This document shows positions 40,491-52,509 of a stretch of DNA of 64,000 bases, piece after piece. Positions within the stretch are counted from its first letter, which is position 1. Every line of letters starts with the position of its first letter. The stretch is from Octopus sinensis (lineage: Eukaryota): NCBI RefSeq assembly GCF_006345805.1, contig NC_043025.1, forward strand, positions 1,612,001 to 1,676,000, written 5' to 3'. Position numbers and translations under genes: made by a program. The notes under the pieces were generated by a model, which searched no databases, was not told where the DNA came from, and saw nothing but the letters and a program-made list of their open reading frames with translations.

Positions 40491-42395
40491 AGACGGAATA
40501 CTTCTGTCAGTACTCTTTTCCTCTACTTTTTCTGAATTGCAAAGCTATAAATTAATTCTACTTAAACACACACGATAGATTATACCCCACCTCCTTTATC
40601 CCATGTCATCATTACAGTGTTTCACTTAAAAATTCTACTCTACAATATTTATCGAGTTACTCTTCATCAAAGTGACAATATTCTGGAACTCTTTCCTCGC
40701 TCATATTTTCTCTGCAGACACCAACAAACACATCGATCTCACCAGCCTGTGGGATGCTGTCTCTCTGTATTTGAACAGTTTATAAAAGAAAATTGAAATT
40801 GAAATGCTTACCTGAAACAAACATGAATTATTATTGTAAGAACAAGACAGACGAACGATATTCCACAGCAAGCGTTGGATAAAATAGACAAGTCATTTGC
40901 ATTTTCTTTCTCTCCTTCATTTTGGTAGACATCCTACAAGAGAAACCAAGAATTTAGCCTCCTCCTACTCCACCTTCTTTATATGTTAGTTAACACTTAT
41001 ACAAGGAGTTTGTGTATAATACTGGTGTAGAAAGTGGTGATCGCTGTATGCTGCATTAATAATGTTCCAGGCGATGCTGACACCAATAGAAACAACATCA
41101 ATGACCTGACTATTTAATCTCAGTCTTCGTGATGTCAGGTGATGGCAGAACTGGCATGGAGTGAATTAACATGTGCCTTTAGATCAGCTTTTTCTTTAGG
41201 CCGAAATAGTTACCATAGACAGCGGTACTGTTTTATTGTTGTAAATAGCAGCGGTACTATTTGACTGGCAGATATTTAGATACGTGTGTATTACTGACAT
41301 GAATGTTTCAAATGAACAAATGTCATGCACGAGAGGAGAGATCTTCTAGCAGAATCACGAAGAGACCAAATGTTTAACGTCTGCAAACCAAGCATGTCTC
41401 AACACAAATGAAGATTTTTTAATTCAAGAGGGATGATTCCCCTTCACATCAACAGCGGAGGAATTACTATGCATTATATTGAGAATGGTAGTTTCGTACA
41501 TCTAAAAGGAACCATCCGGAGTATAAAGTATAAACAACAGCAATGGCAAGAAGAACAAAAGTAACTTTTTAAAAATATATCAACCTTGTACATTTACCAA
41601 GATACTCTGCATCACAAAGTGCAGTGGATATGTTATTATACAACTCCTTAAAATTAGTAAGGCATAGATATAACTGGCACAAATTACAATTAATTGATAA
41701 CTTGTCAAAATATTACCAACCATTAGTACGGCAAAACTTTTAAGACGGTCACAGGAACAAATTACTTCTTTTCCAGGTACATAATTGGACACATTGCAGC
41801 CGTTTTGTGACCAATGGGGATCCAATCCCGAGCTTTCATCCCAGTAAACACATCGTGGTTTGTTAGCATTCTGAAACAAATTAAACCCTGATAATTTAAT
41901 CAAATTACTTGGTAATTAGAATATATGTAATTATAATGTGACTCGTTTGACTTAGAAAACACCGAACAAACGATGGTTGTCAATGCTTGGTTGGTATTGA
42001 CATTGTGAAGTCCATATCAGATGCTGTGACCTAGTTTAACTGACCATTTCATCTCGTTTATAAATCTGTCTTTTCTCATGATTTACACTGCACCGTCATA
42101 ACAATGGGTGAAAAATTCATTGAATGGAGTAGTTCACGAAATATTTAATGAAGTATAAAACGACGTGGTGGTCAGGAATGGGATGCGTTTCACCATAGGT
42201 CGACTGGGTTACGGATGACATGAACATAAACAGCAAAAGCAGCAATAATAAACACACAGCTATTACCTGGTTTATTAAATTGAAGGATATATTGATTGGT
42301 TCATCAAGGTTGCTTATTGAAATGTTCGGGATACTGGTAGAAAGTACATGGCTGTTAATTTTAGTATTTCCTTTGGCACTGGAGTTTTGTGTTAC
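28838..42395 (-). CDS. Adhesion G protein-coupled receptor copy 1 (GAIN/GPS, 7TM, PDZ-ligand tail), 5'-incomplete
   Basis: Exons (minus): 42395-42267, 41870-41721, 40933-40812, 38666-38546, 36553-36409, 34347-34275, 32852-32464, 28890-28838. All GT-AG, phases consistent, no stops; motifs CVYWD..W...GC..CSC, LHYFLL, WGLP, CWL, LFGLTW, FNTLQG. Confidence 0.92.
29865..30025 (+). mobile_element. Short repeat with a hammerhead-like variant (same family as 12850-13035)
   Basis: ctttCTGTCGAAGAGCGTAGGCTCGAAACGTAgaag at 29899-29934. Confidence 0.55.
31000..32130 (+). mobile_element. Degenerate Tc1/mariner transposon
   Basis: GRPSTSTTD, LKVCARWVPREL, VTGDDTRIYHFEPQSKR, LGPSDNHL, HWRRCIE motifs with stops and frameshifts. 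Confidence 0.9.
32464..32852 (-). CDS. aGPCR copy 1 exon encoding ECL2-TM5-TM7
   Basis: CWLSEPSFCVAFLTP...LFLFGLTWVFAFF...[15 protein letters not shown]; 389 nt, the same length as in copy 2. Confidence 0.95.
33420..33695 (+). mobile_element. R4/Dong-type non-LTR retrotransposon 3' fragment (REL domain)
   Basis: KDLEIEEKKMWGMKGKIVPVI...QNIVVLGTAHIVRKTLS matches the R4-clade C-terminus. Confidence 0.7.
34275..34347 (-). CDS. aGPCR copy 1 exon (TM4-ECL2: GLPAVIVIITLAINNTDNYIKIAEV)
   Basis: GT-AG, phase 1-2. Confidence 0.9.
35722..35925 (-). mobile_element. SINE family C
   Basis: Homology to 10330-10562. Confidence 0.8.
36409..36553 (-). CDS. aGPCR copy 1 exon (TM3-TM4)
   Basis: VVAGFLHYFLLTSLACMSVEAFHVFLSVVVVFKTCETSFMKKSSILAW; phase 0-1. 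Confidence 0.92.
36950..37622 (-). mobile_element. Cluster of family-C SINEs separated by (AAT)n
   Basis: Copies at 36950-37158 and 37230-37622, the latter internally duplicated. Confidence 0.8.
37657..38212. mobile_element. About 550-bp non-coding element embedded in (AAT)n, probable non-autonomous retroelement
   Basis: Complex, GC-richer segment bounded on both sides by AAT/ATT repeats; no ORF. Confidence 0.45.
38225..38422. repeat. (ATT)n/(AAT)n/(GAT)n compound microsatellite
   Basis: Direct inspection. Confidence 0.95.
38546..38666 (-). CDS. aGPCR copy 1 exon (ICL1-TM2)
   Basis: NPWDLMSSKILVSLCSSLAVTNFIFLVGMQSYVQTMAGCK; phase 2-0. Confidence 0.92.
38820..39220 (+). mobile_element. Diverged SINE family A
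   Basis: Homology to 3981-4372. Confidence 0.7.
40812..40933 (-). CDS. aGPCR copy 1 exon (post-Stachel linker and TM1)
   Basis: DVYQNEGEKENANDLSILSNACCGISFVCLVLTIIIHVCF; phase 0-2. Confidence 0.92.
41721..41870 (-). CDS. aGPCR copy 1 GPS exon
   Basis: NANKPRCVYWDESSGLDPHWSQNGCNVSNYVPGKEVICSCDRLKSFAVLM; phase 0-0. Confidence 0.95.
42267..42395 (-). CDS. aGPCR copy 1 GAIN-B exon
   Basis: VTQNSSAKGNTKINSHVLSTSIPNISISNLDEPINISFNLINQ (INS.V.S...NL.EP..I.F pattern); phase 0-0. Confidence 0.9.
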
Positions 42396-42559
42396 CTGTG
42401 AAGAGAAGTTATTAAGTAATTTAATTTATTCAATGGAATACATGAATACATGAATACATTAAAGCATGAAACGATCAAACGTTAGGATTGTTGTAATTAG
42501 ACATCGTTACTTTAGCCAACAGCACAACTTCATAAAATATATACTGGTTTCAAAAGTTG

Positions 42560-43335
42560 GCACAAGACCAGCAATTTTGGGTGTAAGTGAAGTCCATTAC
42601 ATCAACGCCTGTACCCAACTGTTACTCATTTTATTGACTCCGAAAGAATGAAAGGCAGATTCGACATCGGCGAAATTTGAACTCTGAAAGTGAAGACGGA
42701 TGAATGGTTGTGAGCATTTTACCCAGCATGCTAACGATTCTCCCAGATGGAAGCCTGGCAATAATATAATATATACTACAAAAGAGCGGTGAGCTGGCGG
42801 AAACGTTAGCAGGCCGGGCGGATTGCTTAGTAGTATTTCGTCTGCCGTTACGTTCTGAGTTCAAATTCTGCCGAGATTGACTTTGCCTTTCATCCTTTCG
42901 GGGTCGATAAATTAAGTACCAGTTACGCACTGGGGTCGATATAATCGTCTTAATCCGTGTGTCTGTCCTTGTTTGTCTTCTCTGTGTTTAGCCCCTTGTG
43001 GGTAGTAAAGAAATAGGTATTTCGTCTGCCGCTACGTTCTGAGTTCAAATTCCGCCGAGGTCGACTTTGCCTTTCATCCTTTCGGGGTCGATAAATTAAG
43101 TACCAGTTACGCACTGGGGTCGATATAATCGTCTTAATCCGTTTGTCTGTCCTTGTTTGTCTTCTCTGTGTTTAGCTCCTTGTGGGTAGTAAAGAAATAG
43201 GTTCAAATTCCGCCGAGGTCGACTTTGCCTTTCATTCTTTCGGGGTCGATAAATTAAGTACCAGTTGCGTACTGAGATCGATTTAATCGACTGTCCCTCC
43301 CCCAAAATATCGGGCCCTCTGGCTAGAGTAGAAAA
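42560..43335. mobile_element. Family-C SINEs: diverged minus copy (42560-42760) head-to-head with a plus copy whose body is triplicated (42785-43335)
   Basis: The box ttcatcctttcggggtcgataaattaagtaccag occurs three times in tandem. Confidence 0.85.
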
Positions 43336-43646
43336 AAATATATACTACAAAAAATATCCCATCTCCATTGACAGTTGTACTTGTTCTAAGGAACATAAAA
43401 TTTGTTTTGCATTGAATTTTTTTTTCATAAGGGCTGCCGGTATTTAAGAAATCTCTTGGTAATCAACGAATCCTAGGTTCAGCCTCACTGCTCAGCACCT
43501 TGATTAAATAGATTTCTAACACTGACTTCGGTTGATAAATTGATCTATAATCCGCTTGTGAGTATAGGTGTATATATATAAGTGTGTGCACGCGAGCGCC
43601 CGTGTGTGTGTGTGTGTGTGTGTTTGTGTTTATGAGTTTGTATGTG

Positions 43647-43746
43647 NNNNNNNNNNNNNNNNNNNNNNNNNNNNNNNNNNNNNNNNNNNNNNNNNNNNNN
43701 NNNNNNNNNNNNNNNNNNNNNNNNNNNNNNNNNNNNNNNNNNNNNN
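43647..43746. other. Assembly gap (100 N)
   Basis: Run of N. Confidence 1.
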
Positions 43747-44060
43747 GTGGTGGAGGTTGATGGGCACCCTGCTCCCTCTCCCTGCTTCACGTTTGCCCAA
43801 CCGTTTTAAAGCTTTTCCATCCACTCAAAGTCACTTCTACGCGGCGGAGTGCTGTCCTAGTATTGTTCTGAAAGCCTACAATGAATTTCAGCCCCTGGAA
43901 CAGCTTCGGTCTTGGAAATTCAGTCACTGATCCCTGATTTTTCTTTGGGCACACTGCAAGCCATGTTTACTCTGTAACACAAGAAAGAAAACTGGAGCGA
44001 TGAAAGTCACTCCTCAGTTAGGTAACTACATGAGTACAACCTTTTGTTTAGCACACGAGA
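43747..44060 (-). mobile_element. Mariner 5' part, paralogous to 31000-31310
   Basis: Reverse complement of the 31000-31310 region; flanking homology continues to about 44375. Confidence 0.88.
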
Positions 44061-44459
44061 GCATAAGGCAGTCCAACCACAGAAAGTTTTAGTAGATGAA
44101 GATAATTTCAAACTTTCCTTAGTAGATGAGTACGGGTGTGTATGCATATACACAGAGAACGAGAGAGAGGATGAGAGAGAGAGAGACAGAGACAGAGTAA
44201 AGGAGAGAGGGAGGGCGAGTGAATATATATATATTCATATATAAAGTCACACACATACATATCCAAACCACAGTTGCTAACCGTGAACTAAAGAATTACC
44301 TTTTCCAGCTTATCGTACTTCGATACTGGATACATTCACAAACATCTGCGCCAATAAAAATCACTGCAGTTCCTAAAGTTGTATTTTATACATTCTCCAA
44401 ACAACCTTGAAGCTCACTGTCTTCCTGAACTTCTATTTTACGTATATATATATATATAT

Positions 44460-46722
44460 ATACGTTTAAATATTTGTTGTGCAAGATTTTTTATGTGAAG
44501 TCGTGTGTTGAAACAGATATTGTTATATTTCGGAATGGTCATATTGCCAGTTTAGCCAATAAAAACACACGCACTATATATTTGGTGTTATTTTGCTTCA
44601 GTGATATTTATTTTTTACATTAATCTTAATCTTATTTCGGCCAAAGTTCTTTCGTCACACTCCTGTGACCGCATCAGTGGTCCTTTGTTTTCTTCTCACT
44701 TACTTGTGTCTCTACTTACTAACCGTCAGCCATTTTATATTTCTATTGTATGTCTTCATCTGCGCATGTTTATATCTCTATGTGCGTCTATGTTTATTTA
44801 GTGTGTGTGTGGGGGGATGCCTGTAATATTTGTATCTTCTGGTTATATACATCTTGTAATTTGTATTTTGTTTTTGTTGTTGTTGCTTTTGTTCTAATTT
44901 TGTTCATGTGTTTACATCCACCCATTATTATCATTACATATGCTTGTATGTATGTATAACAACAATATTAGTAATAATAATAATAAATCTAATGGAAAAA
45001 AAAAAAAAGGAATATACATATACATATATATATATATACATACACATACATATACATATATATATATATACATATACACACACATATATACACATATACA
45101 TATACATATATATACACATATACATATATATAGATATTCATTTCTATTTCTTTAATTACCTGTGTATTTATTATGTTTGCAGGATCCACTATTGTCATAT
45201 GTTGTGGTGTGCGCTATTGCTCCATTCTAGTTTTCTATTCAGGCTAGGTTTATTTTCTATTATATGTGTAGCTTCTGTAATTTGTCTAATTGTTGCATCT
45301 GTTCCATGTGTGGACAATATCTTAATCTCTATGTTATTGATTGATCCCCCGTGTTCTTGTTCGGCGTGTTGGTACAGAATCGATGAGCTTTTACCTTCCT
45401 TGAGTTGTCTCCAATGTACATTCACCCGCTCACCAATGCTTCTTGCAGTTTCCCCTACGTATGTTACTGTCTTGTTACTGCATCGTCCCTCTATACATCT
45501 TATACTATAGACCACATTTCTGGCTTTACAGTTCGTTTGTGGGCTAAATCTACATACAGTGCAATAGTTATCCGTACAGAGAGTTCTACTAAAAGGATAG
45601 CTTCTACCAATTATAGATCTGATAGGGTTGCCTGGCTTTTCAACAACCTTAATTCTTAGTTTAAGTTTATCTAGGGTCCTTCTAAAGCGGTACGCTAGTT
45701 CACCTCCAGGGGTGGTGTCAACGAACATGACACTCTGGTATTTATGGCTATCATACCAAGAGTTGGCCTTCCCTATTTTCTTTTTTGTCCTTCTATAGTG
45801 TTCCATGACTTGTTCCTATAGAGTGGGCAAATCCCATTCCTATCATTACATAATATATTATCAAATTTCTTCATGGCTCCTTTGTATACTCTGATCCTTT
45901 CTTTATGGCTGTAACCTGAGAACTGCATGCGGTGAATGAAGTACTGTATGTGTCTTTTTAATTCTGTAGGCTCGCACATGCGTGACACATTTCTCATTAT
46001 TCTGACGAGGTCTGCCATCAAAATATTGAATTTGGCATTGCCCGCAATGGCTGAGTTCCGGTGGATCAGGTATTTTGAGGCCATAGGTTTTGCATAGTAT
46101 GAATGAAGGATTTGGTTTTTTTTTCACAATTTCTAGCCAGAGTTCAGTGTCTATTACTGGTAGTCTATGGTTGGGGTGTTTAGTGGGGTAATCTATTGTG
46201 ACCTTAATACTCTGGTGGATGGAGTTAGCTATTTGCTGGATGCTCTCCATAGTATTAGTTTCTATTACTATATCAACAGTACTCTCTTGTGGGGGTGCCT
46301 TTACTACTATATTGATATCATCAACATAGCGAGAGTACATGTTTACGAGTATGGATTTCTGCAGTAGGCATTCTTTAAGCCTTCTGTCTCACCATACCAT
46401 GAAGAGGTTGGCCACATCACCAGCGATACACACACACTAAATAAACATAGACGCACATAGAGATATAAACATGCGCAGATGAAGACATACAATAGAAATA
46501 TAAAATGGCTGACGGTTAGTAAGGAGAGACACAAGTAAGTGAGAAGAAAACAAAGGACCACTGATGCGGTCACAGGAGTGTGACGAAAGAACTTTGGCCG
46601 AAATAAGATTAAGATTAATGTAAAAAATAAATATCACTGAAGCAAAATAACACCAAATATATAGTGCGTGTGTTTTTATTGGCTAAACTGGCAATATGAC
46701 CATTCCGAAATATAACAATATA
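44460..46722 (-). mobile_element. Penelope-like retroelement, 5'-truncated, with inverted pseudo-LTR
   Basis: RT motif YSRYVDDI (about 46340) and GIY-YIG motif NVVYSIRC...YVGETARSIGER, with two frameshifts; 46428-46722 is a near-perfect inverted copy of 44517-44810; flanked by (TA)n. Confidence 0.92.
46558..46597 (+). ncRNA. Hammerhead-like variant in the Penelope pLTR (also 44641-44680 and 62711-62750, minus)
   Basis: cca-CTGATGCG-GTCAC aggagt GTGAC-GAAA-G aa C-TT-tgg; A9 is replaced by CG. Confidence 0.5.
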
Positions 46723-46723
46723 T

Positions 46724-46815
<92 letters not shown>

Positions 46816-46820
46816 ATATG

Positions 46821-47590
46821 TATCTAATGTAGGATAAATTTTTTTTCGAAAAAATATTTTTTCGAAAAGAATTTTATGAATGGCCAGCATATTAAAAAAT
46901 ACCTTTAACGGTTGAATTTATAAACAATTCATAAATGAGGGCAGAGGAAAAAATTTCTAATGTCAAATATGCCGAAAAATTGGACATATTGTTCATTAAC
47001 CATATTTGTTTTTCACAATACGCACGCTACTCGACAAAAGGTCGACAGAAATTTCTAAAAAATTCCATTATTACCATATCGGACCGATTTCAGAGTTAGC
47101 TACTAAGAGACCTCTCTTCGTCAGTGATACATGTGGCAAAAGAAATAAATGCGATACTTACTCATACCCATGGAAGAAGCAAATACTAAGTCATGAGCAC
47201 AACTAAGTACCCCAAATACATCCAAAATAGAAATACTCCAGCCCATTCGAGACACGTGCGATTTGAACTGGGGTTCTCACAGAGTGAGCTAGTCCGGAAG
47301 TGAACGCTTAAATTTATATCTAATGTAGGATAAAATTTTTTCGAAAAAAATATTTTTTAGAAAAGAATTTTATCAATGGCCAGCATATTAAAAAATACCT
47401 TTAACGGTTAAATTTATAATCCATTCATAAATAAGGGCAAACGAAAAAATTTCTAATGCCAGATATGCCGAAAAATTGGACATAGTGTCCATTAACCATA
47501 TAATTTTTTCACAATACGCACGCTATTCGAAAAAAGGTCGACAGAAATTTCTAAAAAAATTCCATTATTACCATATCTGACCGATTTCAG
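46821..47590 (-). mobile_element. Partial tandem repeat (496-bp period) of a hammerhead-bearing element
   Basis: 46821-47092 is repeated at 47317-47590. Confidence 0.75.
47076..47130 (-). ncRNA. Type I hammerhead ribozyme motif
   Basis: gtatca-CTGACGA-AGAG...CTCT-GAAA-T cg G-TC-cgatat: canonical core, one mismatch at the base of stem I. Confidence 0.6.
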
Positions 47591-47776
47591 ACACACATAT
47601 AAGTACATACGTATTATATGTGTTTAGGAGAGAGGATCAGTGCATTAGTTTGTATCATTATAATTTTAAATATAATTATAATAATAATACGTAGACTTAT
47701 TTATATTACATAGAAGCGTGAAATGTTTATTCGTAATTTTTCCTTATATATATGTATATATATATGTGTGTGTGTG

Positions 47777-47810
<34 letters not shown>

Positions 47811-47826
47811 CGTGTGTGTATGTGGG

Positions 47827-48100
47827 TATCCCGGAACGGGCTGCGTGTTGTGTTCTTGAGCAAGGCACTTTATTTCACGTTGCTCCAGTTCACTCAGCTG
47901 TAGAAATGAGTTGCGACGTCACTGGTGCCAAGCTGTATCGACCTTTGTCTTTCCCTTGGATAACACTGGTGGCGTGGAGAGGGGAGGCTGGTATGCATGG
48001 GCGACTGCTGGTCTTCCATAAACAACCTTGCCCGGACTTGTGTCTAGGAGGTTAACTTTCTAGGTGCAATCCCATGGTCATTCATGACCGAAGGGGGTCT
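47827..48100 (+). mobile_element. SINE family D, 5'-truncated
   Basis: Reverse complement of 22487-22760. Confidence 0.85.
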
Positions 48101-48163
<63 letters not shown>

Positions 48164-48274
48164 TATAGATATATATATATATATATATCTGTGTGTGTGT
48201 GTGTATGTATTATACTGTCCGGTAATTAACGGGCTTTAAATTTTATATTTTATGTTTTTTCATTATGTTTCCAG

Positions 48275-48327
48275 GTTCAAGAACTGGTAATGAAACAGAG
48301 GATAGAGCAGCAGAAACTTACTTCTGA
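48275..48327 (+). CDS. aGPCR copy 3 terminal micro-exon (SSRTGNETEDRAAETYF*); upstream exons not in the assembled sequence
   Basis: Acceptor tatgtttccag, 53 nt to TGA, homologous to 28890-28838; intron and 3' flank also homologous, inverted. Confidence 0.75.
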
Positions 48328-48522
48328 GTGAAATCGAAAAAGAACCTCCAAGAATCGTCTTTGATTATATATTATGCCATATTTTCTCCATATATAATAT
48401 AAAATAATATTTTCCCCATATATAATATAAAATGATATTTTCTCCATATATAATATAAAATAATAAAATAATATAAAATAATATTTTCTCCATATATAAT
48501 ATAAAATGATATTTTCTCCATA

Positions 48523-49324
48523 TCTATATATATAAAACTCAACTTGTGTGTCTGTGTGTGTATCTGTGTGTGTGTCTGTGTGTTTAACTTCCCGGCACAT
48601 CGCCTCCTAGCCAACAAATTGTAGAACCACCAAAAATGGGTCACTTAAAGTTTAGGCGAATGAAAATTGAACTGCGCTATTTCTGTTCCGAAATTCATCT
48701 CGGAAGTGCAAAAATCGATAATGTGTTTGTTTAGAGCTTATCCCAATGCATTGAATAGTGAACTTTACTCAGTCAGCTGTTTGACGTGAACTGTGTTCAC
48801 CATGCGTGAAAGCATGCGTAAATTGCATGAAAAATAAAAAATCAAGATATAAAAATGAATCGCCGTAAACATTGTAGAAATTCGGCAAAGAAATGAATTT
48901 TCGGGATGTAGGGTTTTTTCGTATTAATCGTTTGGACTTTGTGAACACATACCTATTGTTTTCATAACATTTTTAACGCTTTGAATTAAATGTGACCATT
49001 TTGCGTTGAGTCTGCAGTTTGAATCACTTTAACCAAATTTTAGCAGGCCAGATTTTTGATCATCACGATACATCACCAGTGACTCCCTGAAATCCACGTT
49101 GAGAAATACTGATCTAAAAGAATAATTCAACAATGCAAAAATTTATGAAACCCTTCTACGTACTTCCTATTGAGGAAATGGAATGCATAAGCGCAAAAAT
49201 AGGGGGCATTAAATGCTTGATTTTAAAACCAAAATAATTCAATTTTGATTGAACTTCATCCAAGTTTAGCTTAATTCGCTCGTGCATAGAACGCACGAGC
49301 GCACGAGCCGGGCAATAGTGCTAG
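48523..49324 (+). mobile_element. Non-autonomous Helitron
   Basis: A|TCtatatatataaaactc... 5' end, subterminal hairpin gctcgtgc-atagaac-gcacgagc, CTAG|T 3' end; no TSD, inserted at AT within a minisatellite unit. Confidence 0.8.
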
Positions 49325-52300
49325 TATGATATAAAATAATATTTTCTCCCTATATTATATAAAATATTTTGTCTTTGTAAAGTCACTATAATTGTACCTT
49401 TCAATACAACACTATGCATGCATGAGACTGTATAATCCACCATAATGTAATTTCCACAAGTTTCAGGGCCTCACTATGGCTTGAAACAGAAAATATTGCA
49501 TGATTTGAAATTATATTGATATTCTATCTTCTTGCCAATTTAATGTAATCAATGTAAGCTTTAAAATTGTTAAATAAAGGATTAAATCTGATCTGTTGTT
49601 ACCGTTCGTTTTCTAGATGAAATACTGTAATCCCGCAGACTAAGATCAAATACCACCGGAAGAGGCATTGATTCCATTTGTTATTTTAAACATTCCACTA
49701 AAATGTTAAAACTTACAAAATGTATCATGTTGATTAGATTTACGATCATATATCTAATTAGTATTATCAGGTCATTCAACTGTCATTGTTCAAGTAATCA
49801 ACATTTCACAAACAGCTACATTCCAATCAAAGCACCGGACGTAGATTCGTCTTCTTCACGTTCATGTCTACTTTCACTCCATCAATGTTACACTAACACG
49901 AGACTGCGCACGCCTCAATGTCTTCATTGAAGTATTTTCTTAGTTATATTATCTACATGATATTCAGGCCCATTAGGCAGCAGTCTCTCTCGGTATCCAA
50001 CAAATTCCAACACCCGGGGATAGAAGACACCCCACTAAACGAGATGCCAGTCTGTTGCAAGTCTAACCCCTGGTTGTTGCTGGTATTTCTTCTCAGATGA
50101 GTCCAGTGGAAGTGTTTTCTAGTGGACAGAACTCTCCGAGCCAATAGTCCATGTGTCTATTTCTGTGTGCGTGTGTGTGTATGTATATATGTGTGTGCTT
50201 TTTAGCCTCTTCTGTTTTCCGGATCATTTGTCGCTCTCTTGCCAGCCGGAACACCGCTACGCCCTTCTTTTATGCTCTGCTTGTTGCTGTTAAAAGATAT
50301 GTAGCCGTGTATCGTAACAGCTCAGTCATTTCTACTGCTTATTACATGGCCTGTGGTTTTAGATGTCTTGGTACATTTACTGAACTAAGGAATTATCTTT
50401 TACTTTCCTTCTAATTAGATGGTCGCACCATTTCACCCTCTTCCATCTGACTACTTCAGTTCTGGTTTATTTCATGTAAATAACGTTTCTTATACAAATT
50501 ACGCCACTCTCATAATAATATCTCTTTAGTTTTAAATACATCTTAATAACCTCTTACTTATGTGTTTCTAGACCCTGATTAGAGAAACAAAAATGTGCAA
50601 CCTATCAATGTATCGCTGGCTGATGTCCTACAAGCTCCAGATCCTGTTTCTTAAACCTTTCAAATGCTAGCGTGACCTGTCTTTTCTAACCTGTCTGTCT
50701 AGTGTGACGGATACTACACAGCTCTCTTTGACATGTTCAACATAAGAACCATTCAGTGTGATTATTTCCTTTGCTTTGTGTAATTATTTTATATGTAATG
50801 CTATTCGTTTTCATAGCCCATTTTCCCCATTTTTCGCCTGAGACCATCAATATTAGGTTTGCTTCCCAACCACATAATTCCGTTTTTTTTTCTTGGTCTC
50901 AACGTGTGACATGGCACTTTGGGCAATTTTCACCATACTGAGAAAAAAGTACTAGGGTCAATTCGTTCGACTAAAACTTATTCCAGGGGCCCTCCACCTC
51001 CTCCAGCATGGCTGCAGTCTCATGACTGAAATAAAGGAAAAAGTTTTAAAATTTATATTTCCTCTCTTCGTTATTATCTGTGAACACATATTTTCTCTAT
51101 TCTCCTTTCAGTGAAGAAAACAGATCTGTCTCCATGACATTTCTCCTTCACTCACTCTCTGTCTCTTTTGCTACTTCTCTCTCTCTCCTCTCTCTTATAG
51201 CTTTGCCTCTCCCATACACTTCCCTCATCACTCCATGCTTCTCTCTCTCTCTCTCATATCACATGTTGCTTCCCTGCGCGTGGAGAATTAAGCCAGCAAA
51301 GACGTTCAACATTTTTATAATTGTTTTTCATCTCCGCTGTTTCGTTTAACATATTTTCTCTCTTCATTGTGAACCACAAACATAATCATTCTTCATTATT
51401 TTTCATCCCATAACTTACTTCTTCATCTGTTTCTCTCTGCCTTTCGGTCCTGATATGGCCCCTCCTCCATACCGTTGCCCACAAATTCCAATATAATACT
51501 AGCACTATGACGAACAACCTGGTTATGAAACTAACTCCGCAGGTTCACAATGTTCAAAAACATATCTACAGACATCTACACATCTGTTCCATACATCAGT
51601 ACGTAACACTTAACCTATAATGGGTGCTTGTCACACGTAGTTGCAGTACTTACAATCTTGTGAAAATATGACATACAACAGACAATTTGTAATACGTCCA
51701 GGCTGACAATCAAGCTTTAATACGTGACTGCACGAAAATGTTGAATTCTATACAAACACATGGAACTAGTGGAACTAGTAGATTATAAACCGTAACGGTT
51801 AGCACAAGGTTTATCGAAGAATAAAATTCTGGATTAGTTACATCCACATCTTGGCTATGGGCTCCAAGAAGGGATGTGCTGTTCCCTTGCATATTCCGCT
51901 ATAATGCCTAGACGAATAGTAAAATTCTGACCAATAGCAATATTCTGAACATATGGACGTGGTAGATGTGTAGCGAGACCAATTTCTATTATTGTATATT
52001 TGAAAACATTAAGTTAGTTTCTGAAGGCTCACCACGCTACTCTGTTGAGATTGGTTAAAATAACTATCATAAAAGTCATTGGACATTTATTGAACCATGT
52101 GTTGTGACTAGCTGAGTGTTGCGCGGGCGCTGGATCGAAGGTCTAATAACGTTACGCGTTATATATTTCTGGAGCCTCATTTCTTTTCATAAATTGGTGC
52201 CATAAATTATTTACGAGTCAGAGAGGTGAGAGTCATTCATCGAGGCGAAGTATGCGGATCCTGCCGTTTTCAGCATTAAGTTGTTTGCTCCATCTAATTT

Positions 52301-52465
52301 TTGAGAGCGGTCGAGTTTACTTTTATTATTCTCGTTTGGGAGAGCAGTCGAGTTTATTTCAGATATTCTCATTCTAAAAATCATCTCTGGCTCATCGTTG
52401 AGAGGATGTTGGTATTGTCTCGGCGGAGGTTTGCACCTTTTAAGTGCTCTACTTATTGTTGTTGT

Positions 52466-52500
<35 letters not shown>

Positions 52501-52509
52501 CTGATGATA

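Noticed and set aside
32464-41870. Several A-to-G-type substitutions in aGPCR copy 1 (H->R, Y->C) as genomically fixed RNA edits
   Set aside because: Indistinguishable from ordinary transitions without editing data from paralogs.
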